64,000 nucleotides of DNA, taken from positions 800,001 through 864,000 of the forward strand of contig CBDBCZ010000018.1 in the NCBI GenBank assembly GCA_965203295.1. Reading direction: 5' to 3'. Positions within the stretch are counted from its first letter, which is position 1, and each line of letters starts with the position of its first letter. The position numbers were made by a program, and so were the translations under genes. Positions 38,201 to 49,900 of the stretch are shown one piece after another. The notes below the pieces were generated by a model. The model was not told the DNA's origin and ran no database searches. It saw only the letters and a program-made list of their open reading frames with translations. The DNA is from Nitrospirales bacterium. Its GTDB lineage: Bacteria; Nitrospirota; Nitrospiria; Nitrospirales; UBA8639.

Positions 38201-39066
38201 GTGTTCTCTGACAGGTTGTGGGTACCATACTCTACACGAAGTGCTCCTCCCGTAGCACCAGCAGAGTTGTTCTGGAATGTGTTTTCTAGGAGGATGAGCA
38301 TGTCAATTATCGCAAGAAGTGCTCCTCCATCTATCCTGACAGAGTTGTTCTGGAATGTGTTCCCTGTAAGGTTGAGGGTGCCACCCTCTACACGAAGTGC
38401 TCCTCCTGTAACGGCTGAGTTGTTGTAGAAAGTGCATCCTGTGACGGTAAGAGTGCTATATGCTACATCAAGTGCTCCTCCCGAAAATTTTTCTGGAGGA
38501 GAGTAGTTGTAGAAAGTGTTTGGTGTAAGAGTGCTATCCTCTACATACGGTGCTCCAACTTGTAAGACAATATTATAGTCGCTGATGCAGGTCTGGAAGG
38601 TGCAATCAGATATCTCACACTGTTGTACTGACCGCATATGTATTGCTGCACTGTAGGGGTGACCACATGAAATGAAGGCCAGTGCACTAATGTGCAGCTC
38701 ACCGATCTTGGTAAAGACAAACCCGGCTGGCCAGGTACATACAATCCTACTGCTGACCTCTGGGAGAGAGGATGGATCTCCTTGAAGGGTGAGCTTTTGC
38801 AAAATTGTCATGGTGATGGTCTGCCCGAGGGTATGATTGCCAGGAAGGAACTCCATTGTTGTATTCACTGTGAGATTATCGAAGTATTCAATGGCTACAT
38901 ACTCAGAGAGAGTGTGGCAGGGCTCTCCAGGACATGGTGTATTTGGTGAGGGTGTGACGTAGAAGCTACTCTCACCAGAGCATGAGGTCAGTAGTACGAG
39001 AATGATTGAGAGCTTCTGCCATGTCAGCAGTAGTGCTGTGGAAACGTGTTCCATAAGCATGTGCAT
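35213..39066 (-). pseudogene. Second beta-helix/multi-TM receptor copy, intact except for a 1-bp deletion at 36166-36169 (real frameshift or homopolymer error)
   Basis: The 983-aa and 328-aa ORFs together align to copy 1. Copy 1 reads gca aaa aca tgg and copy 2 reads gca aaa -cg tgg. Confidence 0.8.
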
Positions 39067-39299
39067 GGTTGCTTAGTTACTTGATATCTGAATCGATATC
39101 CTATGTGAATAAGAATAAGCGATTTAGTCTAATAATATGGCTTCACTGTGGGAGTGCTAATACAAGATTATGACAGGGAAGTCCAGACACTCAATGATGT
39201 TTGCACTAGCTTATGAATTAGTTGATACTCAATTCACTGTGTACATTAATGATTGCCCACTTTCAAAATAGCTATTTGAAATCATTTAAGTGGCTATTA

Positions 39300-39660
39300 C
39301 GTAATATTTCGATACCAGCTGGCAGTGCATTACGGGATATAGGTAGCGCGCAAGGACAATTAAGTAACGGTCGAGGGCGGATAATACATGAGTCGAAGGC
39401 GAGTGCATTATCTGCCCGAAACTGTTATTAATTGTCCGAGTGCACTAACTAGTCCCGTAAGTGCACTGCCAACTGGTATCTAAAGTATTTAGTTCTCTCA
39501 CTGACCTCAGACAGCCACGTTGGGCGTCATTTAGAAAAGTGTGCACTAATTTGTTAATGCACACTTAAGTGTGCACTACACGATTTAATGCGCAGTCATG
39601 TGATCAATTTTGGGATTTCTGATTCGTCGAAGGTTACATGAATAGCACTAATGCTATGGT
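39300..39660. mobile_element. Second copy of the long-hairpin element, about 230 bp upstream of receptor copy 2
   Basis: Reverse-complement similarity to 45069-45470, with the hairpin at 39301-39490. Confidence 0.8.
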
Positions 39661-39679
39661 AGCTAGCTACCTCTGCCGG

Positions 39680-40735
39680 TCTTGTTGTTCACGGGGTCTT
39701 CAACACACAATACCTACTATCAGATTCACAGCCTGGCATAAAACCTTTTTGTTGTGCTGGTAGTTTACTACCCACATAGTTGGTCTTATCAAGTTGTTTT
39801 TTAGCTTCAGGATGATGATCACAGTAGAAAAACAGTGTTTTTGACAATATTTCTCCTACATGCAGTTATATGCCCAGACCATCAGGGTACGAGACTTTGT
39901 TGGATCGTGCATGGGCCAGAAAGTGTCATTTAGCTTCCCCACATGCAATCAGTAAAGACTAGAATACATGTATTTACAGTTTTCCATTCGTATCATTAGC
40001 TGCCAATGATTGAAAGGCAGATAATTACGACTGCATTCAAGTTATAAATTAACTGCAACCTCTCATTCAGTTCATGTGCTACTCCAAATCACACAAGTCA
40101 TGTTCTACATTTTCATTTCATTTGTATAGGCTTTCTAGGCGCATGCTGGCAAACGTCCTGCAGTGATAACGCCAAGTGTAGCTGCAGCAGATTTAGCAGC
40201 ATGCAGACTTACCAATACATAAAGTAACCACTTATTGTTCATGGAGTCTTCAACACACAATACCTGCTATCAGAATCACGGCCTAGCATTAAAACTTTTG
40301 CTGTACTGGTAGTTTACTACACATTATAGTTAGTTACATGCCCAAACCGTCTGAGTACGAAACTATGTTGGTTCGTGCTATGGACCAGACATTGTCATTT
40401 AGTTTCCCTACATGCAATCATGTGTAATTATATGTACTTACATAATACTCATGCAAATGATCTGTATTCACGATGCAATCAGTGATGACGAGATTACATG
40501 TATTTCCAGTTTTCCATTCGTATCATTAGCTGCCAATGATTGAAGGGTAGTTACTTTGCACGGCTGCATCAGAGTTGTAATAAAACTGAAAACTGTCATA
40601 GCTAGCTACTGTTCATGAGCACCTCACACAAGAGAATATGTCATGTTCTAGATTTCCATTTTATTTTTCTAGACGTATGCTGGCAGACGTCCTGCAGCGA
40701 TAGCGCCAAGTGTAGCAGCAGATTTAGTAGCAGAA
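39680..40735. repeat. Diverged ~550-bp tandem duplication
   Basis: gtcttcaacacacaatacct and tttccattcgtatcattagctgccaatgattgaa each occur twice, about 530-550 bp apart. Confidence 0.8.
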
Positions 40736-41352
40736 TTACTAATACAGTAGCTAACCTCGAAACATCCTCACCCACACTTCATTTCACAGCTTTCAAGAAA
40801 ATCTTCAAGTTTGCTAGATAAATCTGTGCAGAGGCTTCTGCAGCTCTTATTTTGCCCTTCGTGCAGTAGATCCCGCGATGTTAGCTAGCTACTTGTAACT
40901 ATAACCGTTAGATATATACTGCACTTGAACATAATTTTGTTTTGCTTGCCCAGTATGGCTAGCTAGCCACCCAGCAAATAATTATGCCTAGGCATAGCTA
41001 TAGATGGTCTAACCGGGGTAAAGTCCTCCCAGGTCCTTCACTCTCAGGATCGATGATCGATGTACGCTACCTCAGGACGATAGAGAAAAGTATTCTAATT
41101 ACAGCGCTGTGCACCGCTCCACTAATTGGATACGCCATCGATAGCTATTTTTGGGCGGTGCTAACTAAAATGAACGAATTAATTTCAGTTTTGCTGTAGC
41201 TGCGTCTTATTTCTGTTGTACGCCGCAGTACTAATTGTGAGCGGTCACTTCGGATACGGTACGGCTACAATATCAAAGCATGGTGGTATCTGGTCGCGGA
41301 AAAACGAGAGTCTAGCAAGTCATAGCTCGCAACTCAGTTGCGAAACCGTCTA

Positions 41353-41598
41353 CAAATCATTATGTCACAATGGTTTGGTCTCGTACTCCGGCCAATAGCT
41401 ACCTGGGCCAGGACTGCTAACGGGGGATGTCCCGTTCTTCAATGTAAGTTTTCACTTACTTATGAAACAGTTCGCAAATCATTATGTCACAATGGTTTGA
41501 TCTCGTACTCCGACCAATAGCTACCTGGGCCAGGACTGCTAACGGGGGATGTCCCGTTCTTCAATGTAAGTTTTCACTTACTTATGAAACAGTTCGCA
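41353..41598. repeat. 122-bp x2 tandem duplication
   Basis: acctgggccaggactgctaacggggg occurs at 41401 and 41523. Confidence 0.9.
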
Positions 41599-42189
41599 TT
41601 CTATTCACTGTTTGTAAAGTACCTTTACATAGTTATGAAATAGTTTGCACTCCATTCACTATGTGTAAAGTAATGCTGCTTGCGCGCTTATATAACTGCT
41701 ACACGTATTTGAACTCATTTTATTGGCCATGGTTGATTTACAGTAATTAGTGCTGTAGCCTTCAATACCGGCTACCAAATTCATTGCCCAGCTTAAATTC
41801 TTTTTGCTGTGCAGGTGGTCTACTACCCATATAGTAGGACTTACCAAGTCTTTTCAGCTGATTTTCAGCGTCAGGGTGATCAGTGGCTGGAGTCTTAGTT
41901 CAGTACGAAACAAATTACTCACACGACCAAGCTTATACAATAGAAGTAAGTAACCATCCAGTTCCTTTACTGGCTTGTCCAGTGTCAAAATATAAATGCT
42001 GGCTTGTTCAGTTTTAATAACCATTCATCAATTTTGACTAATGTACTGCAGAGGTTAAAACAACCTTTTTAGTTGAAACAAGCATACAATCAACGCCTGA
42101 GATTGTTTTAACTCTGATATAACATCCTATTTGAAAATATCACAAGATACCATTAGGTTATACCTATACATTACTGTATGCTTAAGTAA

Positions 42190-42765
42190 TATCATGGAGT
42201 ACGGTAGTACTCCATATGTAGGGATGGCACAGGAAAAAAATGGCGGCCCCATATAGCGCGTACAAAATCATACGCTCAGAACTCGGCTCTGATTATAGTC
42301 ACAGAGTTTTATGAGCCATACCATGGCATCTCGAGTGTTTTCATCAGCAACAAGACTGTTAGCGTTGCTAGAAAGCTTCGCTGGAGTACCAAACCGGCAA
42401 GTCGACACACTCGGGGGGCGGGGCGTAATCGTACACTTCTTTCTGATTCTGATTCTTCTTTCTTCAGGCAGGCTAGCTCAATAACGGCTGAAGCAATCAC
42501 AATAATTCAAGCGCGAACAAGCTGGATATTCTCTGGGGTATTGCACTCGCAGCATAGCTTTTCCATAGAAATCGAAAAGTTTTAGCAGTGATTCACGAGT
42601 ACTCTCGAGTGGACGCTTGCCGTTTTACGCCATTTAATTTTACTGTTCCGTTCCGTTCCGGGTTTAGAAACCGCAGACTTCACGTGTTCGTCTATTTAAC
42701 GCCTACCTTTGATCATGCCAGCTAGCTGTCGGGTACATCTCCTGGTTCTTTACTTTGTAAGTCAC
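42190..42765 (+). mobile_element. Repeat family beginning with the hairpin ATGGAGTAC-GGTA-GTACTCCAT; copies at 30645-31215 and 33336-33432
   Basis: The three copies share their starts and downstream sequence (aaaaaatggcggccccata...gcgtacaaaat). Confidence 0.75.
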
Positions 42766-43629
42766 CTTACCCCGTTCTCTGGGCCTTCCTGTCTGCCTTT
42801 GTTCTGTTTCGTGAGCTACTGTTGTTCACTTGCTATACAAGCACAGGCAGAAAAGCCTTGTAAGTGGGGTTTATCGTGTCCAGACAACCCCTACCATCTG
42901 GACACCCCCTCACTTACTCTACTGGAGTGGGGCAGGCAGCTATTCGTCTTTGTGACACTAGAAACTGCGATACATATCTTTGTCTTGGTGATAATTTGCA
43001 ATTCAACATCAGTCACTAACCAGGCTGTTAGCACTGCTAAAGAACATCTCTGAAGCACTAAAGCAGCAAGTGGTTAAACCACCGAATGGTCTATCTTCAT
43101 TTTAGTCTTCATTTAATCAGACTAGCACAACAATAGGTGAAGCGATTCCAACACGAACGGGCATGATTGACCCTCAGGTAGTGCCTTTCGGTCATAGCAT
43201 TTTCAAAGAACTCGAATTACGTAAGTTAGCAGTGTTAAGGAGCAATCTTGAGTGGGCGCTTGCTACTCATAGGCCATTTTATGGCAAGATACGCATGCAC
43301 AGACTGCCTGCCAGCACGCGTTGGTCTATTTAAAGCCTATATTTGATCGTGCTGGTCGGTCCTTTGTTACTGAGTGAAAGTGTAAAGTGCATGAAAGCAA
43401 GGTCATGCATTTATTCATGTATTTGCTAGTCTTTATAGAATTACAAGGTACTTTACATGCAGTATGCCTAATGATTTGAGGAAGAAAAGGGCCTAGAATA
43501 AACGATGTACATTCAAAACCAACAAAGTATAAAAGCAGCTGCTAGAGCAACTTCCCGCACTAACTATATAGTGCTGACCCTGACAAGAAAAGTGCAGCCT
43601 CACGTGCCAGTTACATAGCTGAACTTGAC

Positions 43630-44730
43630 AAGAGACCTTCCTCCCCCCCCCATGCACATGCGGGCGAAGGTCTTCCTGATGCTGACTGGAGTACAAATCG
43701 AAACCTATACTACGCACAACATCCTAAAACACGACCCATTCCACCACACACATTTACACCTACGCATGTTACCATCTCCCAAAAAACTCCCCAAAACAAG
43801 TTACAGAAAAAGCACTTTTCCAAAAAGTGCAAAAACAAGTCATGTAGGGATGGACTTCCACCAAAAAACACTTCCCCAAAAACCAATGAAACAAGCGACA
43901 ATGCACGTGCATCGCAATGCATGCACAGACTACCCACACATCACAGCGCAATGCATTTATTGCGTAGCTACCATCCCTACATCTTTCCAACCACACCCAC
44001 CACTATCCGCACCACACCCCCATACTCAACTGCACACCCAATACTTCCTTCAACACACACCACCATCTACAATCATCACCATCATATACCACCCTTACAT
44101 CCTTATCCACAACCATTATACATAGCTACTTCACCAAACACAGCACCCCACACTACAACCATAAACCTTCACAGGAATGTTAGCTACCCCATCAAAATGC
44201 ACTTCGCTCCATAAATCCCACATTCACAAGCACAAACCAAGCAGAGCAATCCCTCACATCAACCACCATACTCAACAAAGTTGACAACACTCAATCTACA
44301 CTACATAGACGTCCACTACGAAGAACCTGCACACTCACAAACTTCATCACACTCAACAACCAAAGTCCCTATACAAACATGACTCCACCCTCAATGACTC
44401 ACTAGTCCAATATGTAAACCATGAACACTTTCAGCTACCTTCCACAACCTCCAACGCACTCAGTCATTAGCAATACACACATACACACCAATTTTAAATT
44501 ACACCACCACTATTCACCTCTCATGCACATATACACGATTGTGGTGGGTGTGGTTGGAAAGATGTAGGGATGGTAGCTACGCAATAAATGCATTGCGCTG
44601 TGATGTGTGGGTAGTCTGTGCATGCATTGCGATGCACGTGCATTGTCGCTTGTTTCATTGGTTTTTGGGGAAGTGTTTTTTGGTGGAAGTCCATCCCTAC
44701 ATGACTTGTTTTTGCACTTTTTGGCAAAGT
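43630..44730. mobile_element. Repeat family with ~180-bp inverted arms around a CA-rich core; pieces at 29765-30645, 32095-32528, 32946-33200 and 61200-61455
   Basis: 43820-44000 is essentially the reverse complement of 44543-44725. The ORF track gives identical peptides on opposite strands there. Confidence 0.75.
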
Positions 44731-45039
44731 GTTATAACTAAGTTTGTTTCAACTCAGCCATGCAGTCAAGTATATGGGCTTATGGGAGTTCATGACGCAT
44801 ATATGCGTCATTAGTTGGCAAAGAGTTAATTAATTAATACACAGATATATCATCTACATATCCATGTGTCGTGTTATTACATACAGCCATCATAGAACAG
44901 ATTCATTAAACTTACGTACAATCAAATCCACTTCACCAAGCATACCACCCCCTACAAACACCCTGATTCAATCCTCAATTGAATGTTTTCTGCAGACACA
45001 TACACATATTCACAACATTGACACTAACAATCCTAGCAT

Positions 45040-46100
45040 ATTGTTCAAGAATGTGTTCCCGGTGAGGTAGATATAAGCATACGTTAGTGCTACTCACGTG
45101 ACCTTCGACGAATCAGAAGTCTCAAACTCGATCACATGACCGCACGTTAAATCGCTTAATGCACACTTAAGTGTGCACTAAGTTGTTAATGCACACTTAA
45201 GTGTGCATTAACAAGATTAGTGCACACTTTTCTAAATAACGCCCAACAGAACCGTGGCTGTCTCAGGTCAGTGAGTGAACTAAATACTTTAGACACCAGT
45301 TGGCAGTGCATTACGGGACTAGTTAGCGCGCTCGGACAATTAAGTAACGGTCTCGGGCGGATAATGCACTCGCCTTCGGCTCGTGCATTATCCGCCCTCG
45401 ACCGTACTTAATTGTCCTCGCGCGCTAACTATATCCCGTAATGCACTGCCAACTGGTGTCTAAATATTACTTATTTTAAGTGCTCCTCCATAATTATGAG
45501 CAATATTGTTCTGAAATATGTTCCCTGTGTGGTTGTGCATGGGTGCCAGATTGCACTAAGTGCTCCTCCATTCCAGGCAGAGTTATTCTTAAATGTGTTC
45601 TTTATGAGGTTCAAAGTACCACTACATTAATTGAGGCATAGGTGCACTGTGGTGGTGACCACCATTGCACTAATGTGTAGCTCAGTGATGTTGGTAAAGA
45701 CAAACCCGGCTGGCCAGGTACACAATCCTACTGTTGACCTCTGGGAGGGAGGATGGATCCCTTGAAGGGTGATCGAAGTGTTCCAATATGTTGTTACAGT
45801 GATGGTCCACACTAGGATATGTGTGTTCCAGGATATGATTGCCAGGAAGAAACTCCATTGTTGTGTTCACTGGGAGGCTATTGAAGTACTGGCCAGCTGC
45901 ATATGTACTGGGTGTGGTAGGGCTCTCCAGGACATGGTGTGCCAGGTGTGGGTTTGACAATAGTAGGTACACTGTACTCTGACCAGAGCATGAAGTCAGT
46001 AATTTGAGAATCAGGAGGAGTTTCTGCCACGTTAGCAGTAGTACAGTGAAGATGTGCTTCTTGAATATGTAACTTAGTATTGAAATTGATATCCTGTGTG
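45040..46100 (-). pseudogene. Degraded N-terminal part of a fourth receptor copy, interrupted by a hairpin element
   Basis: Fragments LLLTWQKLLLILKLLTSCSGQST, LPVNTTMEFLPGNH and TWPAGFVFTNITELHISA lie in shifting frames. Repeat remnants occur at 45480-45610 and 45040-45068. Confidence 0.85.
45069..45470. mobile_element. Non-autonomous element with a ~180-bp hairpin; an inverted copy lies at 39300-39660
   Basis: Arms of about 85 bp (45288-45465) surround a TCGCCTTCGGCTC tip. The element interrupts receptor pseudogene 4. Confidence 0.8.
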
Positions 46101-46764
46101 AATAGTAAGAATTAGCCAATTAGCTATAGTCTTCTGCCACTACATGTATGTCTCCATGCATGCATGTTAGTACTGTAGCCTGTTGGAAGAAGCCTAATTA
46201 TGTAAGGCTTCAGTTGTGAGAGCCACATAAAATAGTGCAATCATAGAGCCCACATCCATAATTAAATTCAGCAACTCCCACGCTCTAACATAATTATATA
46301 GTCACAGGAAACATAGCGAAAAACCACTTGTTCATGCAAACTACGTGGTGAGTACAAGGACGAAGGTGGGCCTGTTAGCTTAGTAGTATAGAAAGGCTCA
46401 GTGGTACGTATATACAAGCATTAGAGTTTGCTTGTTTTCGTAGAACTGTCCCAGTTCTTATAAATACATCTTCACTACAACAGTATTGTCCATTGGCCAA
46501 CCTTGTTTTGTTTTCTCATGCACCTGGGAGCTGTGTACAGTGGATGTGTTCGGTGATTCCAACTATGTATACAAGCATGGGAAATATTCCTCTTATATAC
46601 ATGCATGCCTTACACTCACACCCCCCCTCACAAAGTGTTATGAGGTACATGTAGCTAATCCATGCATACAGCTCAACTGTACTACGGTACATAGATTTAA
46701 TATGTTTCCTAATAGAATGGGTTGACTCTTACTGTGCACATTGTATGAAGCCACAATAATTATT

Positions 46765-46917
46765 GGCAAAAATGAACACAACAAAAATTTAATAGAACTA
46801 GCTAACAGAATAAAGTCAATACATACAACCCAATGATAAAGGCAAAAATGAACACAACAAGAATTTAATAGAACTGGCTAACAGAATAAAGTCAATACAT
46901 ACAACCCAATGATAAAG
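46765..46917. repeat. 76-bp x2 tandem duplication in the channel 3' flank
   Basis: ggcaaaaatgaacacaacaa occurs at 46765 and 46841. Confidence 0.9.
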
Positions 46918-46939
46918 GAAACATTCTATGTTAACTTAT

Positions 46940-49900
46940 TTACTGTACTAGTCCATCTTGTCTGTCTTTTTCCAACAGTTTGAGAATCTTATCCATGGTG
47001 TTCTTCATCTGGTGAACCTCCATTGCCAGCTGAGATATTTCCAGCTGATCCAGGGAGAGTGTTTGTTCTGGAAATTCCTGAAAAAGAAGGCCAAGTTTTG
47101 GCTATTGCTCTGGCAGAGTATGCATACATTTGAAGGAGAAATGACCATGAAAGTATATATTCGTGCATTAGTTGATATCTCAGTACTGACACAATACAGC
47201 TACTGTACCTCTAAACTTTTACGCTTTCGCTTTCATACTATAATTCTACATTCAGGTATGGCTAATAATCCGAGAGTGCACACACCACTTTTCTTACTAT
47301 CTAGGAGAGACTTAAACAATGCATTTGCTCATGATTATCTAATAGGGCTGCCTTACCTTAACCTCTTGCAGCATATCTTTATTTTCTTTTTCTTTGTGCT
47401 GTAGAACAATGAACTTGCGACGGAGTTTTTCTGGTAAATTTGCTTCTACATCCAAGATTAAATCAATCTGAATGTATGGGAGAGTTGACAATCATAACAG
47501 TACTACTCTCTCTGGTCACAAGTACTACAAGTACAATGGAACCTCACTCTGCAATATGGACACCTGCATTAACTTTTTACCGACCACTACGCAACAAACG
47601 TGCACACTCCACGTGACCGTAAGATTTTCCTGTTTTGACACACTACAACTTACCTGGCTAATTCGCCATTTTGTAAGCGATCAGCCGACTTTTGCTATAG
47701 ACAACTATACATCTACAGAGAGCACAGTTATCGGCCGAACCTTTGAGGGCGCTGTCATGACATCGAGCCTTCGTGAAGCCTCGCATGTGACGACAAAGAA
47801 GAAAAGTGTGCATGTACAAATTCTTCAGTCTGTGCAGTGATAGATTGAGATAAAACTTTGAGTAACTTTTGGAATAAAAATACAAGAATTTGGAGAATGC
47901 TCTGAAGTGCATTCCTGTCAGCATGTTCTACGGTCTCTGCTCAGAGTGATGAGGTTTATCGTCTTCTCGTAGCAGAGCATGAGCATCAGAGTGTAGTGCC
48001 AGCAAACAGTACAGAACACTAATAAGCATGATGGATCTTTTCACAAGCATGGAAGTCAAAAATAAAGGAGCTGGGTAGCTCTTTCCTTTCTTATACCTAT
48101 GACATCAAGTTCATCTGGGCACAGTTCATGGTAAGCTAGTGACAAAAGAGGCAATATCCTGGGGCAGATTGATGACAGGTCATACTGCCATGTCTGGTAG
48201 CTACTGATATGCTATTTAGCTAGCAAACTATACTGGTCTTCTAACAAATCTTACATTCTGTTGATTTGCTGGCTCAGAAGCACAGCGGTTCCTCTCTCCT
48301 TCATGCTAGCCTCGTATACGCACGTGCACGTGGTTAAAGAAATTTATAGCAAGGCCGCAAATATAGAACATTGTGCGTAGTTTCGGCATAATGTATGTAC
48401 CGTAATAATACAGACAGAAATGCAGAGTCAACTCGCTAGTGTGGGGCACAGGCTCGCCCCAACTAGACTATAGTATAGAAACAGAAAGGCAGTATCCGGA
48501 AGGCTGAGCTAATATGCATGCGCTATGATTTAGAATTATCTCACACTAATATCCATATTACTAAACACTAGCAAGACTTAAGCTTTCTCACTGACACACA
48601 GCAAAACTGAAGCTCTAGAAGCATGGCACAAAAGAGGCCTTCATATTGTCGACACAAATGCGTGCTTACAATGGTGTTCACATTAGAGGGGTTCCAGTGC
48701 AGAGACTATTTACTCACATTTTAAATATCTGGGGCCGGCTATGATAAACATCTCTAGATCTCTGATCACAGTTTCACTCACTTTCATTGATTCTATTCTG
48801 GTTTCTGCTCTTTGAAGTAGTTCCGCAATATCACCAACAGCTAACCCAATCTGTGTATTATAAAAACATAGTACATATGCAAACTGGTAGGCATCACATT
48901 GTATAGTTTCCATTCAAAATGCTTCTACAACAAAATACTTTTAGTGCTGCCCTACTAAGCTATGGAAGGGTACGTCAGTAAATTCAGCCATGGGTACTTG
49001 AAACACTATAATGTCGTCAACATATACGAAGACTGACCAATATAGCATTTCATCAACAGTCTGATAATAATATTCAGTAGGAAGGAAATATTAATTGTAT
49101 TGGTGAGCAGTGGGCTGTTGTTTGAGCTTGAAATGAGTGAGCCTAGTGTGTGTGAGTCAGGACTATACCCGACTTGTCCATATGACAATTTCCTTTTACA
49201 GTGTGCAGTGCACAAAGTAGTCAATAGGTTAGCTACGTAAAGCTACACACAAACTCGGCTCATAGTGTTGATACAACCAAGATCTTTTATGACTCCAAAT
49301 GCACCGTATTAGTTATGCTATTTTAGATACCTTGAGAAAAATAACCATGTCAAAGATGTAATACCTACCAGCATGTTGTTCATTAGAATTGGCATAATGA
49401 TGATGAAAACAATCCAAAAGATGTAGGAGACTGCAGGGAAATGGATCGCCTCCAGCTCATTATCCTCCACATTCGTACCAAGGTGGAATAAGCTACCATA
49501 TTCACTCCCACCAGCAGAATAGGTCACCACACTGAGAAGACTCCGAGCAGGGGTTGAGAAGTGAGAGCGCTACAGAAAACATAATTAAAGGAGGTAGTGG
49601 AGTTAACTCAATATTATTGGCATGGAAAACTGAGACTTCTGTACCTACAAACTGTAGGGAGTTCCTAAGCACTATGCTGTAGTTCATGCATACACACAAG
49701 ACTGCCATTAAACGGAGTTGTTAAATATCATATGGACTCCTGTACTGTAAAAAACTTCATCGTGGATTCGACCTACGTATGATGGACATGTAGTGAATTG
49801 ATTCATGTTTTAGTTGCTCATGTATTGTAGGGCCGGTTTTAATGCATAGTAAAATTATTGTGTTTTGAAGGTGAATTGCATATTTAATAGTTATTGCTTT

